Part shown: positions 54,981-64,000 of the stretch, in pieces
How positions within the stretch are numbered: position 1 is the first letter of the stretch
How the letters are laid out: each line of letters begins with the position of its first letter
From: an uncultured Pelagibacteraceae bacterium
GTDB taxonomy: Bacteria; Pseudomonadota; Alphaproteobacteria; Pelagibacterales; Pelagibacteraceae
NCBI GenBank assembly: GCA_902573585.1
Contig: CACGKH010000001.1
Coordinates: 8,228 to 72,227 of the forward strand
Direction: 5' to 3'
DNA: 64,000 nt
Program-made: the position numbers and the translations under genes
The notes under the pieces: model-generated
The model's database searches: none
The model's input: only the letters and a program-made list of their open reading frames with translations
What the model was told of the DNA's origin: nothing

Positions 54981-55700
54981 ATGTTTAAAAAAAAATTAAA
55001 AAGAGATCATTATTTTTATAAAATATATCTGTATTATAATTTATTTTTTCATCATAGGTGTTTATTTAAAAAAAAAACATACTCTCAATCTGGAGAAGAT
55101 TTTTATATAAATTCTTATTTTAAAAATAAAAATGATGGCTTTTACGTTGATATAGGTTGTTTCCATCCCTTAATGCATTCTAATACAGCAAAATTATATA
55201 ATAGAGGTTGGAATGGAGTGAATATAGATATCAACCAAACTTCTATAGATTTATTTAACATTGCTAGAAAGCGTGATAAAAATTTTTGTGCAGCAATTTC
55301 AAATGAAACAAAAAAAGTTACCTCATATACAGATAATAATTTTAGCTCCATAAACTCTATCAATAAAAAATTCTTTGAATTTGCTTTAAATAAATATTCA
55401 GATGGAAAATTCACTCAAAATCAAATTGAAAGTTACAAATTCATAGACTTTTTGGAAAAATTTAATCTAGAAATCAAAAATATTGATTTTTTAAATATAG
55501 ATGCCGAGTCACACGACTATGAAGTATTACAAGGAATAGATTTTAATAAAGTTGATGTTAAATTTATATGTGTAGAGATGTTTGATGAAAATAGCAGGAT
55601 TAATAAAAATAAATTTATCGATTTTTTAAATAATTTTAACTATGAATATCTAAAATCTATTGGTGCCAATGGATTCTTTCAAAAAAAACAAAATTACTGA
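54981..55700 (+). CDS. FkbM-family methyltransferase
   Basis: YSQSGED, GFYVDIGC-HP---SNT, GWNG-NID and IDFLNIDAE motifs. Confidence 0.9.
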   Translation: MFKKKLKRDHYFYKIYLYYNLFFHHRCLFKKKTYSQSGEDFYINSYFKNKNDGFYVDIGCFHPLMHSNTAKLYNRGWNGVNIDINQTSIDLFNIARKRDKNFCAAISNETKKVTSYTDNNFSSINSINKKFFEFALNKYSDGKFTQNQIESYKFIDFLEKFNLEIKNIDFLNIDAESHDYEVLQGIDFNKVDVKFICVEMFDENSRINKNKFIDFLNNFNYEYLKSIGANGFFQKKQNY

Positions 55701-55836
55701 AAATTTATAACAAAGGGATGTTTTTAATTTAGCATTGCTTTGGTAATTAAAAAGACTAATTTATATTAATTAAAAAATATTTTGAAAATAAATCAGTGCA
55801 CATATCTCAAAAATTATAAATGTTAAGATTATAGTT

Positions 55837-56760
55837 ATGAAAGTTTTAATTTCAGGTATTTACGGTCAAGATGGAATTATTTTAAGTAAAATTTATAAGA
55901 AAAGAAAAATAAAAGTCTTTGGATTTGTAAAACAACAAAATCGAAAAAAAAACAAGTTTTTGAATAATTATACTCAAAAAATATTTACAAATAATCTATC
56001 AAACTTTTTTTTAATAAAGAAACACTTAACAGAAATAAATCCAGATATTATTATACATTTAGCAGCAAATAATGTAGGTGCAAAAGATAATAAGGGTTTT
56101 AATAAATTTTATTTAAAAAATTTGTTATGTTTTTTTTATCTTTTTTTTAATTATCTTTTATTTTTTAAAAAAACAAAATTTTTATTTGCTGGGAGTTCCA
56201 TGATGTATGGAGAAAAAAATGCTAAAATTTCTGAAAAAACAAATTTTAACTCTAAATCATTATATGGAACTTACAAAGTTCATTCTTTTTATATAATGAG
56301 AGTTTTTAAAAAAATTTTTAATTTGAGAGCCTCATGTTTGATTTTATTTAATCATGACTCAATTTATAGAAATAAAAATTTTTTAATTCCAAGAATTATT
56401 AGCTCATATTTGAATAATAAAAAAAGAGATATTATTGGAATATTAAAAAGTAATATCTATCTTGATATATCCCATGCAGAAGAAATTTGTGAAATGATTT
56501 ATAAAATTTCATTAAATAATCAATTCAATTATGACAAAATAATTTTATCATCAGGGAAATTAACTTCGTTGAATAAAGTTTTTTTTAGATCAATGAATAT
56601 AAAGAAAAGTGATTTCAAAAATTTAAAGGCAAAAAAAATTGGTTTAATTGGTGATAATACAATTTTAAAAGAGAAATTTATATTCAGACCAAAAAAAAAT
56701 ATTTTCCATGCTGTAAAAGAGTTATTATTATTTTACAAAAAAAATAAAAAAAAGTATTAG
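55837..56760 (+). CDS. NAD-dependent epimerase/dehydratase, GDP-mannose 4,6-dehydratase-like
   Basis: G--GQDG, IIHLAA, YGTYK (YxxxK) and LFNHDS motifs. Confidence 0.8.
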   Translation: MKVLISGIYGQDGIILSKIYKKRKIKVFGFVKQQNRKKNKFLNNYTQKIFTNNLSNFFLIKKHLTEINPDIIIHLAANNVGAKDNKGFNKFYLKNLLCFFYLFFNYLLFFKKTKFLFAGSSMMYGEKNAKISEKTNFNSKSLYGTYKVHSFYIMRVFKKIFNLRASCLILFNHDSIYRNKNFLIPRIISSYLNNKKRDIIGILKSNIYLDISHAEEICEMIYKISLNNQFNYDKIILSSGKLTSLNKVFFRSMNIKKSDFKNLKAKKIGLIGDNTILKEKFIFRPKKNIFHAVKELLLFYKKNKKKY

Positions 56761-56783
56761 TATAAGTTCAGGAATAAATTTAG

Positions 56784-58001
56784 ATGAAATTAGGAATATT
56801 TTTTGATAGCCAAGTATCTTCAGGTGGTGGATATTATTTGGCTTGTACAAAATTAGAAACACTTATTAAAAGTGTTAAGCCTGATGATGAGATTGTGTGC
56901 TTTACAATTAACAAGTCTGTTACAAAAAAATTAAAAGAAGAATTTATCCAAATTAAAGTTGAATTTTTTGAAATTAATTTGATAAAGAAGTTTTTTTTAT
57001 TTCTATTCACTTTTAATTTTACAAAAAAAATTTTTTCGAAAATTAAATTACTTAACCCTTTGGAAAAAATTTTAAGAAAAGAGGCAATAGATTTATTGTT
57101 TTTTATTTCACCGTCATCTTTTGTGAGATTTTGTGAAAATATTAATTTTGTTTATAATATTTGGGAAGTGCAGCATAAATCAATACCATATTTTCCAGAA
57201 TATTCTGATAAAAACTATAGTCCCTCATCTTATGATATAAGAGAAGAGAGTTATGGCCTGGCTGCTAAAAGAGCTTTTAAGATTGTAGTAGACTCAGAAC
57301 GATCTGCTCAAGATATTAAAAAACATTATAATTGTTCAAGAGAAAATTTGTTTGAAATCCAAGCTTTTGTGCCAGGATTACCAAAATTTTTTGAAGAAAA
57401 AAAAAAAGATTATAATTTTAAAAAAATATTTGATGATTTAGGTTTACCCAAAAAGAAAATACTTTTTTATCCAGCACAATTTTGGCCTCATAAAAATCAC
57501 ATATACTTAATAGAGTCATTAAAGGAAATGGAAATAAGAGGTATGGATAATTTTGCAATGGTTTTCACAGGTCATGATAAAGGTAATAAGCAATATATTA
57601 TTGACTCAATAAAAAAAAATAATCTTGACAAAAAAATAGTTGTTTTAGAGTTTCTTAAACTGGAGGAAATTGTTGCTTTATATAAAAATTCTCACGCCCT
57701 AGTAATGCCAACACTTGTTGGTAGATCAAGTTTGCCACTCAGGGAAGCTTTTTATTTTGAATTACCTGTATTTTATACAAAAGATATTTTAGATGAAAAA
57801 TACTCTTATTTTGTTAATGAAATTAATTTAAATGATTTTTCAAATTTAAGTGAGTATTTAAAGAATGACGAGTTTTTTAATAAAGAAAAATTAAAATTAG
57901 CAAAAAAATTTTACTTAGAAACTTGTAGTGATGAGATCATTATTCAAAGTAACAAAAAAATTATTCAAGAATATGAAAAATATTCAAAATATTGGCGATA
58001 A
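56784..58001 (+). CDS. Glycosyltransferase, GT4-like
   Basis: FYPAQFWPHKNH and ALVMPT----SSLP--EA motifs. Confidence 0.88.
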   Translation: MKLGIFFDSQVSSGGGYYLACTKLETLIKSVKPDDEIVCFTINKSVTKKLKEEFIQIKVEFFEINLIKKFFLFLFTFNFTKKIFSKIKLLNPLEKILRKEAIDLLFFISPSSFVRFCENINFVYNIWEVQHKSIPYFPEYSDKNYSPSSYDIREESYGLAAKRAFKIVVDSERSAQDIKKHYNCSRENLFEIQAFVPGLPKFFEEKKKDYNFKKIFDDLGLPKKKILFYPAQFWPHKNHIYLIESLKEMEIRGMDNFAMVFTGHDKGNKQYIIDSIKKNNLDKKIVVLEFLKLEEIVALYKNSHALVMPTLVGRSSLPLREAFYFELPVFYTKDILDEKYSYFVNEINLNDFSNLSEYLKNDEFFNKEKLKLAKKFYLETCSDEIIIQSNKKIIQEYEKYSKYWR

Positions 58002-58117
58002 AATGTCAAAAAAAATTTCATTATTTATTTCTCAATAAATCTCATTAATTAAACTTAATATAAAGAATATCTAACTTGTCATCACAATTTAATTATTGTA
58101 AAAACAAATTCATTTAA

Positions 58118-58194
58118 GGGCCTGTAGCTCAGTTGGTTAGAGCAGTACACTCATAATGTATTGGTCCCAGGTTCGAGTCCTGGCGGGCCCACCA
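58118..58194 (+). tRNA. tRNA with CAT anticodon, probably tRNA-Ile2 (lysidine)
   Basis: Canonical cloverleaf, anticodon loop CTCATAA, paired G1-C72 and no GGG/CCC anticodon stem (so not an initiator). Resembles Ile2-type tRNAs; elongator Met is not excluded. Confidence 0.9.
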
Positions 58195-58212
58195 AAAAAT
58201 TTTGACGATTAT

Positions 58213-58806
58213 TTAATTTTGTGAAAAATCTTCAAGTACCTTAAACAAAGAATTTATGTCACCATTATTTGAAGTTAAGATTGAGGAAAATTCTTCCTTT
58301 TGTGTTCTGGCCAAACTAAGTCCCTCAATTATAAGATCTCTAATACGAGGATCATCAGGTTTTTTAGTATAAATCCTCCAATCAATTTTGATCTCAGGCC
58401 TATCTTTGGTCGCTTTAAGTGTGCTATTAACGATTGTATAATTATTATTTAAAATCTCTTTGCCATTAACATTAATTTCAGGATTAGTATATTCAGCTAA
58501 CCTACTAGAAAAACTTTTTAAAAAATAATTTTTAAATAATTTGTTATACGTAATTTTTTGCTCCTCGCTCAATGTCTTCCTTGCAGCACCAAGTGTATAA
58601 AGTCCAATACCCTTAATATCTACCGTTTCCTCTGCAATTAATTTGAGTTCCTCTATTTTTTTTGATTTATCAATATCTTTTGTTAGTATTGATGACGCCC
58701 TGTTGACAGTAGATTGTACGAATATTTCTGGCTCTATTGTAAAAGCTTTATTAATTAAGACAAAGAAAAATATAAATATAATAAATAAATATTTTTTAAT
58801 ATGCAT
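58213..58806 (-). CDS. mlaC: MlaC/Ttg2D phospholipid-binding periplasmic protein
   Basis: Signal peptide; I-IDWR and I-DLIIEGLSL--TQ--EF motifs; next to mlaA. Likely start MHIKK at 58806. Confidence 0.85.
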   Translation of the reverse strand: MHIKKYLFIIFIFFFVLINKAFTIEPEIFVQSTVNRASSILTKDIDKSKKIEELKLIAEETVDIKGIGLYTLGAARKTLSEEQKITYNKLFKNYFLKSFSSRLAEYTNPEINVNGKEILNNNYTIVNSTLKATKDRPEIKIDWRIYTKKPDDPRIRDLIIEGLSLARTQKEEFSSILTSNNGDINSLFKVLEDFSQN

Positions 58807-58826
58807 TATAATTTGATTATTTTTTT

Positions 58827-59612
58827 TTAATTTTGAATTTCTTCCCAATCACTATCATCTTGGGTGTTAATTACTGTATTAGAATTCAGAATTTTTTGTT
58901 GTCTATCTTGTAAGTATAAGCTTTTTACTGAAGCATAAAAATCTAATGAATTTTTTTCAAGATTTTCTATAGAGTCATAGTTTTTTGCTCTAAAATCAAC
59001 TCCACCAGTAACTTTTGATGAATAATAATCTATGTCAGAAAAATGTTGAGTTTCATTTCTGACTGTTACATTGTACCATGCATCTCCACCAAAAAAATTA
59101 ACTGTAGAAGCGACGGTATCTCTTGCAGTGCTTGGTCCTAAAACAGGTAAAACTATATAGCAGCCTGGTCCAAATCCAGCCTTAGCTAAAGATTGTCCAT
59201 AGTCTTCCTTTACATATTCAATCATTCCTAAATGTTGAGCAACATCAAAGATACCCAAAACCCCAACTGTACTATTAATTAAAAACCTTCCTGTATTTAC
59301 ACCTGCCATAGACAATTCACCTTGAAGTATATTGTTTGGGATTGTAACTAGATTAGATAAGTTATCTAAAGAATTACTCACACCACTTTTTACAGGTGAT
59401 GGTAATTTTTTGTATACACTTGCAACTGGTTTAAAAATTACTCCGTCCAGAACTTGATTAAAACCGAAGGTTGCCCTGTTAATTTTTTCAAAACAATCTT
59501 TTACTTCTTTAGGGTCATTTTTTTTTAATAATAGTTCACCATCAGAAGACGCTGAGGCACTAAAAGTTAGCGTAATAGTTGTAATTATAATTATTAATAA
59601 TTTCTTAATCAT
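58827..59612 (-). CDS. mlaA: MlaA/VacJ family protein
   Basis: E--NR--F-FN, RF-INSTVG-LG-FDVA, EDYGQSL and LPVLGPSTARD motifs. Confidence 0.92.
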   Translation of the reverse strand: MIKKLLIIIITTITLTFSASASSDGELLLKKNDPKEVKDCFEKINRATFGFNQVLDGVIFKPVASVYKKLPSPVKSGVSNSLDNLSNLVTIPNNILQGELSMAGVNTGRFLINSTVGVLGIFDVAQHLGMIEYVKEDYGQSLAKAGFGPGCYIVLPVLGPSTARDTVASTVNFFGGDAWYNVTVRNETQHFSDIDYYSSKVTGGVDFRAKNYDSIENLEKNSLDFYASVKSLYLQDRQQKILNSNTVINTQDDSDWEEIQN

Positions 59613-59664
59613 TGTAGCTTTTATATTATATAAAAATCTAATGTAAATTAACTATTTATTTAAA

Positions 59665-60405
59665 ATGAGCTTAAAAATGGGCCTAAATTTGACAAATTAT
59701 TATTCAATAAATTTCACAATACCAAAACGGAGTAAAAATTTAATTAAGTTTATCATAATTCATTACACTGGTATGAAAAAAGAATCAGAAGCAATTAAAA
59801 GGCTTTGTGATTCAGAATCTCAAGTGAGCTCTCATTACTTCATAAAAGATAATGGTGAAATTCTTAATTTAGTCCCTGATTTATATGAAGCATGGCATGC
59901 TGGAAAGTCCTCTTGGAAAAATTTTAGATCAATTAATAAAAATTCTATCGGAATTGAAGTTAATAATCCTGGACATTATCATGTTTATAAAGAATTCCAT
60001 TCGAAACAAATAATTTCACTTATAAAATTATTAAAATTCTTGAAAAAAAAATATAATATTAAAACTCAAAATATATTGGGTCATTCAGATATAGCTCCTT
60101 TAAGAAAGAAAGATCCTGGAGAAAAATTTCCTTGGAACAAATTAGCAAAAAAAAATTTATGCAAATTTCATAGTTTAAATGAAAAAAAAATTAAAATTTA
60201 TAGAAATTTAAAATTAGAAAGTTTTGAAATTAAAGAATTATTAGTAAATTTAAATAAAATAGGATACTCGGATATAAAAAAATCTCATACAAATAAACAA
60301 CGAGAATTAATTATAAAAGCATTTCAAAGAAGATATCGACAAGATCTTATAAACGGTAAACCAGATAAAGAGTGTCTATTAATAAGCAAAAATCTAGCAA
60401 AATAA
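59665..60405 (+). CDS. N-acetylmuramoyl-L-alanine amidase (Amidase_2)
   Basis: IIHYTG, VSSHY, AWHAG-S-W, SIGIE and GHSDIAP-RK-DPG motifs. Confidence 0.93.
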   Translation: MSLKMGLNLTNYYSINFTIPKRSKNLIKFIIIHYTGMKKESEAIKRLCDSESQVSSHYFIKDNGEILNLVPDLYEAWHAGKSSWKNFRSINKNSIGIEVNNPGHYHVYKEFHSKQIISLIKLLKFLKKKYNIKTQNILGHSDIAPLRKKDPGEKFPWNKLAKKNLCKFHSLNEKKIKIYRNLKLESFEIKELLVNLNKIGYSDIKKSHTNKQRELIIKAFQRRYRQDLINGKPDKECLLISKNLAK

Positions 60406-60452
60406 TAAATTATTAAACTTGATATTTTATAATTAAATTATAAATTGTAATT

Positions 60453-60807
60453 GCCAGATAAACGACTTATCGCTTTAATTTATTTTAAAGAGGAAAGTCC
60501 GGACTCTACAAGGATACAGTGCCAGATAACACCTGGCAGGGGAAACCCTAGGGATAGTGCCACAGAAAATATACCGCCATAACATGGCAAGGGTGAAAAG
60601 GTGTGGTAAGAGCACACCGGTTCTATTGGTAACAATGAACGCTGGAAAACCCCACTGGGAGCAAGACTAAGTAGAGATGACATTGTTGAAAAACTAAAAG
60701 CCATCCTTGGCTAGTCATCAGGGTTAGTTGCTTGAGCTTAAGAGTGATCTTAAGCCTAGACAAATGATAAGTTTAAATGACAGAACCCGGCTTATAGTTT
60801 ATCTGGC
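60453..60807 (+). ncRNA. rnpB: RNase P RNA, bacterial type A
   Basis: P1 helix GCCAGATAAAC/GTTTATCTGGC; conserved GAGGAAAGTCCGG, AGTGCCACAGAAA, GGTAAGAGC and ACAGAACCCGGCTTA. Confidence 0.97.
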
Positions 60808-60810
60808 GTT

Positions 60811-60819
60811 TTATCCACA
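60811..60819 (+). promoter_or_regulatory. DnaA box
   Basis: Perfect TTATCCACA in the rnpB-mraZ intergenic region. Confidence 0.6.
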
Positions 60820-60843
60820 GCAGCGATCACCTAAAATTAAAAT

Positions 60844-60887
60844 GTTCACCTTTTGATTCATTCTTGAATCATTTTCGTTCTATTTTT
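60844..60887. repeat. Imperfect 4x11-bp direct repeat containing two GANTC sites
   Basis: GTTCACCTTTT / GATTCATTCTT / GAATCATTTTC / GTTCTATTTTT. Confidence 0.45.
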
Positions 60888-61010
60888 TCATTTTTCGATT
60901 GAAATTAATCTTAAATCAAAATTTTTAATTTTTATTAAAATCAAGTAATAAAAAGGATGATTATATAGCTAAAATTGTAAAAAAAGACTATTTGACTAAT
61001 ATAGTAAAAA

Positions 61011-61034
61011 CCCATAATATCCCATATATTCCCA
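61011..61034. promoter_or_regulatory. MraZ-binding repeats overlapping the putative mraZ promoter
   Basis: CCCA at 61011, 61021 and 61031 (TGGG on the minus strand, 10-bp period). TTGACT at 60992-97 and TAATAT at 61015-20 are 17 nt apart. Confidence 0.7.
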
Positions 61035-61061
61035 AATATAGGGAAAAGGAAATTATGGTTT

Positions 61062-61517
61062 ATGTTTTTATCAAGTTACGAAAACAGATTAGACAAGAAA
61101 GGAAGGGTATCGGTGCCTGCGAGTTTTAGGTCATATTTGTCCAACCTCGGGTACAACGGTGTAGTTTGTTACCCATCATTCAACAATCAATCAATAGAAG
61201 CATGGCCACAAGACAGAATAGAAAAAATTTCAAATACAATTGACTCTCTTAATCCTTTTGACGAAAAAAGAGATTTTTTTGCAACATCAATATTATCAGA
61301 AAGTGTTAATTTACAATTTGATAGTGAAGGCAGAATATCGCTTTCGCAAAAATTATTAAAACATGCAAAAATAAAAAATAGCATGCTGTTTGTTGGTCAA
61401 GGTAAAATTTTTCAAATTTGGGAACCAACAATTTTTGAAAAATTTAGGGTTAATGCAAAGAAAAAAGCAAACTTGAATCGTGCTAGCCTTAAATGGGAGC
61501 TTCAATTAAATAAATAA
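61062..61517 (+). CDS. mraZ: Transcriptional regulator MraZ
   Basis: Two DxxGR motifs (LDKKGRVSVPA, FDSEGRI) and FVGQG--FQIW. Confidence 0.96.
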   Translation: MFLSSYENRLDKKGRVSVPASFRSYLSNLGYNGVVCYPSFNNQSIEAWPQDRIEKISNTIDSLNPFDEKRDFFATSILSESVNLQFDSEGRISLSQKLLKHAKIKNSMLFVGQGKIFQIWEPTIFEKFRVNAKKKANLNRASLKWELQLNK

Positions 61518-61533
61518 CGAAGGGGATAATAAG

Positions 61534-62991
61534 ATGACAATTAACTTTAAAACACCAGAAATAAAAGAGTTACAACCAAGACTTTTGGTAATGGGTGTTG
61601 GTGGTGCTGGCGGAAATGCAATAAATGAAATGATTGAAAATGGTATGCAAGGAGTTGAGTTTATTGCTGTTAATACTGATGCACAAGATTTAAAACACAG
61701 CAAAGCAAAATCAAAAATTCAAATTGGTATCAATTTAACTAAAGGATTAGGTGCTGGTGCAAAACTAGATATTGGTCAGGCTGCAGCTGATGAGTCATTA
61801 AATGAAATTGTAAACGTACTTCAGGGCGCTAACATGGTTTTTATTGCTGCTGGCATGGGTGGTGGTACGGGGACAGGTGCAGCACACGTAATTGCAAGAG
61901 CTGCTAAAGAATTGAACATATTGACAGTTGGAGTTGTAACACTTCCATTTTTATACGAGGGACCTTCGAGAATGAGAAGAGCTCAAATTGGACTTGAAGA
62001 ATTAAGAAAACATGTTGATACGATCATAGTAATTCCGAATCAAAATTTATTTAAAATTGCTAATGAACAAACGACTTTTGAAGAGTCTTTTAATCTATCA
62101 AATAATGTTTTAATGCATGGTGTGCAAAGTGTAACTGACCTAATGGTAAGACCTGGTATAATCAATTTAGATTTTGCGGATGTTGAGACTGTAATGGCGT
62201 CTATGGGTAAAGCTATGATGGGAACAGGTGAAGCCGAGGGAGAAGGAAGAGCCATGCAAGCGACTGAGATGGCAATTAGCAATCCATTAATTGATGATTA
62301 TACTTTAAAAGGTGCCAAAGGATTATTAGTGAATATTACTGGAGGAAAAGATCTTAAATTGTTTGAGGTTGATGAAGTAGTTAATAAGATAAGATCAGAG
62401 GTGGAGGCTGATGCTGAAGTAATTATAGGTGCCATAACAGACACTTCTCTAGAAGGAAAAATTAGAGTTTCTATTGTTGCTACGTCCTTGGATAATCAAC
62501 AGCCAGAGTCTAAATCTGTTGTAAACATGGTTCATAGAATTCAAAATCGAAATCCAGGATATTCAGATTTTGGCACAAACAGTTCGTCATCTTTCCAGTT
62601 TTCTAATAATGCATCAAATCCAGTTTCTCACGGAGCAAATGCATTAAAACTTGAGAATGAAATCGTAACTGAAAACCTAAATGAGTCAGTGAGTGATGTG
62701 AACAACCAATATCATGAAGAATTACTAAAAAATCAAGACGTAGAAAGTATTGTCGAGAATACTTCTGAAGAAAGTGAATTGTCTTTTTCTCAAGAGGCGA
62801 TCGAGACTGATGAAACAGTCCAAGCAAACTCTCCTGATCTTAAAGAATTTGGTGTTGATGCTGAAGAACCAGATTTGTTTAACACAGACAATCAAGAGCC
62901 AACTTCCGAAGATTTATTAGGATCTAATGATGAAAATCATGAGGAGGATGATCTTGAAATACCCGCATTTTTAAGAAGACAAAAAAATTAA
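61534..62991 (+). CDS. ftsZ: Cell division protein FtsZ
   Basis: GVGGAGGNA, GMGGGTGTG and NLDFADV motifs; acidic linker; C-terminal LEIPAFLRRQ peptide. Confidence 0.99.
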   Translation: MTINFKTPEIKELQPRLLVMGVGGAGGNAINEMIENGMQGVEFIAVNTDAQDLKHSKAKSKIQIGINLTKGLGAGAKLDIGQAAADESLNEIVNVLQGANMVFIAAGMGGGTGTGAAHVIARAAKELNILTVGVVTLPFLYEGPSRMRRAQIGLEELRKHVDTIIVIPNQNLFKIANEQTTFEESFNLSNNVLMHGVQSVTDLMVRPGIINLDFADVETVMASMGKAMMGTGEAEGEGRAMQATEMAISNPLIDDYTLKGAKGLLVNITGGKDLKLFEVDEVVNKIRSEVEADAEVIIGAITDTSLEGKIRVSIVATSLDNQQPESKSVVNMVHRIQNRNPGYSDFGTNSSSSFQFSNNASNPVSHGANALKLENEIVTENLNESVSDVNNQYHEELLKNQDVESIVENTSEESELSFSQEAIETDETVQANSPDLKEFGVDAEEPDLFNTDNQEPTSEDLLGSNDENHEEDDLEIPAFLRRQKN

Positions 62992-63009
62992 TGGTCTTCA
63001 AGAAAATAA

Positions 63010-64000
63010 ATGGAAGCCACCATGGTATCGGATACTCCAAAACATTATCCGGTATTGCTAAATGAAATTATTAGCATTATTACCCCTCAACATGGTGGCA
63101 CATTTATTGACTGTACGTTTGGTCAAGGTGGATATACAAAAAAAATTTTAAGTTTTGAAGATACCAAAGTAATCGCTTTAGATAGAGACTTAAAAAGTAA
63201 GATCAAAGCAGATATAATTATCGATCAATTTAGGGATAGATTTATATTTAAGAATAAAAAATTTAGTCAATTAGACAATCTTAAGGTTAAAACAGAAAAT
63301 ATAAAAGGTATTGTTTTTGATTTAGGTTATTCTTATTCACAAATTAAAGACCCAACCAAAGGGTTATCGTTTAATTCAACTGGAAATCTCAATATGAGAA
63401 TGGGTATTAATGATTTTTCAGCTAAAGATGTAATAAAAAAATTGGACGCATCAGAATTAGAAAAAATTTTTAAATATTTTGGAGAAGAAAAAGAAGCAAA
63501 AAAAATAGTAGCTAATATAATTAAAAAAAGAAAAAATCAGGAAATTTCCACAGAAGATCTTGTTGAGTTAATTGAAAAAACTAAAAGACGAAAAAACTAT
63601 AAAATACATAGTGCAACGAAAGTTTTCCAGGCATTAAGAATTTTTGTGAATAAAGAAATTAGTGAATTGATAAATGGCCTAATAGCAGCTTCAAAAATAT
63701 TAAAAAAGGACGGGGTTTTGGCAGTTGTTACATTTCATTCATTAGAAGATAAAATTGTTAAATATTTTTTTAAAAGCTTATCAGAAAATAAAAGTGTCTC
63801 TAGGTATGTTCCAAAGTTGAGTCAACCAGATACATTATTTAAAATGATTGAAAAAAAACCTATCGTTCCTTCTGTTAAGGAGTTAAAAGAAAATGTTCCG
63901 TCTAGATCTGCAAAACTTAGATATGTTATTAAAAAAAATGACTTTTATAGTTTTGAGACTGACGTTTTTCAAAAATTTGAAAATTTAATAAAAATCGAAA
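63010..64000 (+). CDS. rsmH: 16S rRNA m4C1402 methyltransferase (runs off the window end)
   Basis: Not in the ORF track. Manual translation gives [49 protein letters not shown] and SRSAKLR. Start is ATG 63010 or 63022. Confidence 0.95.
   Translation, partial: MEATMVSDTPKHYPVLLNEIISIITPQHGGTFIDCTFGQGGYTKKILSFEDTKVIALDRDLKSKIKADIIIDQFRDRFIFKNKKFSQLDNLKVKTENIKGIVFDLGYSYSQIKDPTKGLSFNSTGNLNMRMGINDFSAKDVIKKLDASELEKIFKYFGEEKEAKKIVANIIKKRKNQEISTEDLVELIEKTKRRKNYKIHSATKVFQALRIFVNKEISELINGLIAASKILKKDGVLAVVTFHSLEDKIVKYFFKSLSENKSVSRYVPKLSQPDTLFKMIEKKPIVPSVKELKENVPSRSAKLRYVIKKNDFYSFETDVFQKFENLIKIE

Noticed and set aside
60480-60704. 74-aa minus-strand ORF
   Set aside because: It lies wholly antisense to the RNase P RNA; the higher GC of the RNA gene explains the open frame.
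60905-60938. TTAA pairs as CtrA boxes
   Set aside because: No TTAA-N7-TTAA spacing (the closest is N6), and TTAA is abundant by chance in this DNA.
62480-62950. Long acidic region in FtsZ
   Set aside because: Long disordered linkers are normal in alphaproteobacterial FtsZ.

Overview
A very AT-rich, tightly packed alphaproteobacterial core-genome segment. Gene content, gene order and the minimal intergenic spaces fit SAR11/Pelagibacterales (inference). In order it holds: rnhA-thrB-ispH; retinal biosynthesis genes (crtI-crtB-crtY-blh); the Fo ATP synthase genes; an unusually short SMC; mutY, ccrM, rnhB, ispE, cca; petABC; ychF-pth-rplY-prs; lgt; a MarR/OmpR/EnvZ-type module; ilvE; uvrBC; trxB; carAB; dnaG-rpoD; a small glycan-modification cassette between two tRNAs; mlaA/mlaC; RNase P RNA; and the start of the dcw cluster (mraZ-ftsZ-rsmH). 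I saw no CRISPR array, integrase, transposase or prophage gene. The most notable observations are: (1) a 798-aa SMC with intact ATPase heads but no recognisable hinge; (2) a tRNA-Val(GAC) whose D- and T-loop invariant bases are changed in a compensatory pattern; (3) a regulatory region before mraZ-ftsZ that combines a DnaA box, a GANTC-N6-GANTC pair (same spacing as upstream of ccrM) and MraZ-type repeats; (4) frameshifts in both genes of the OmpR/EnvZ-like pair, plus a nonsense codon in a MOSC gene (real or sequencing error); (5) a family-4 UDG homolog with substituted active-site residues. All calls come from motif recognition by eye; no searches were run.
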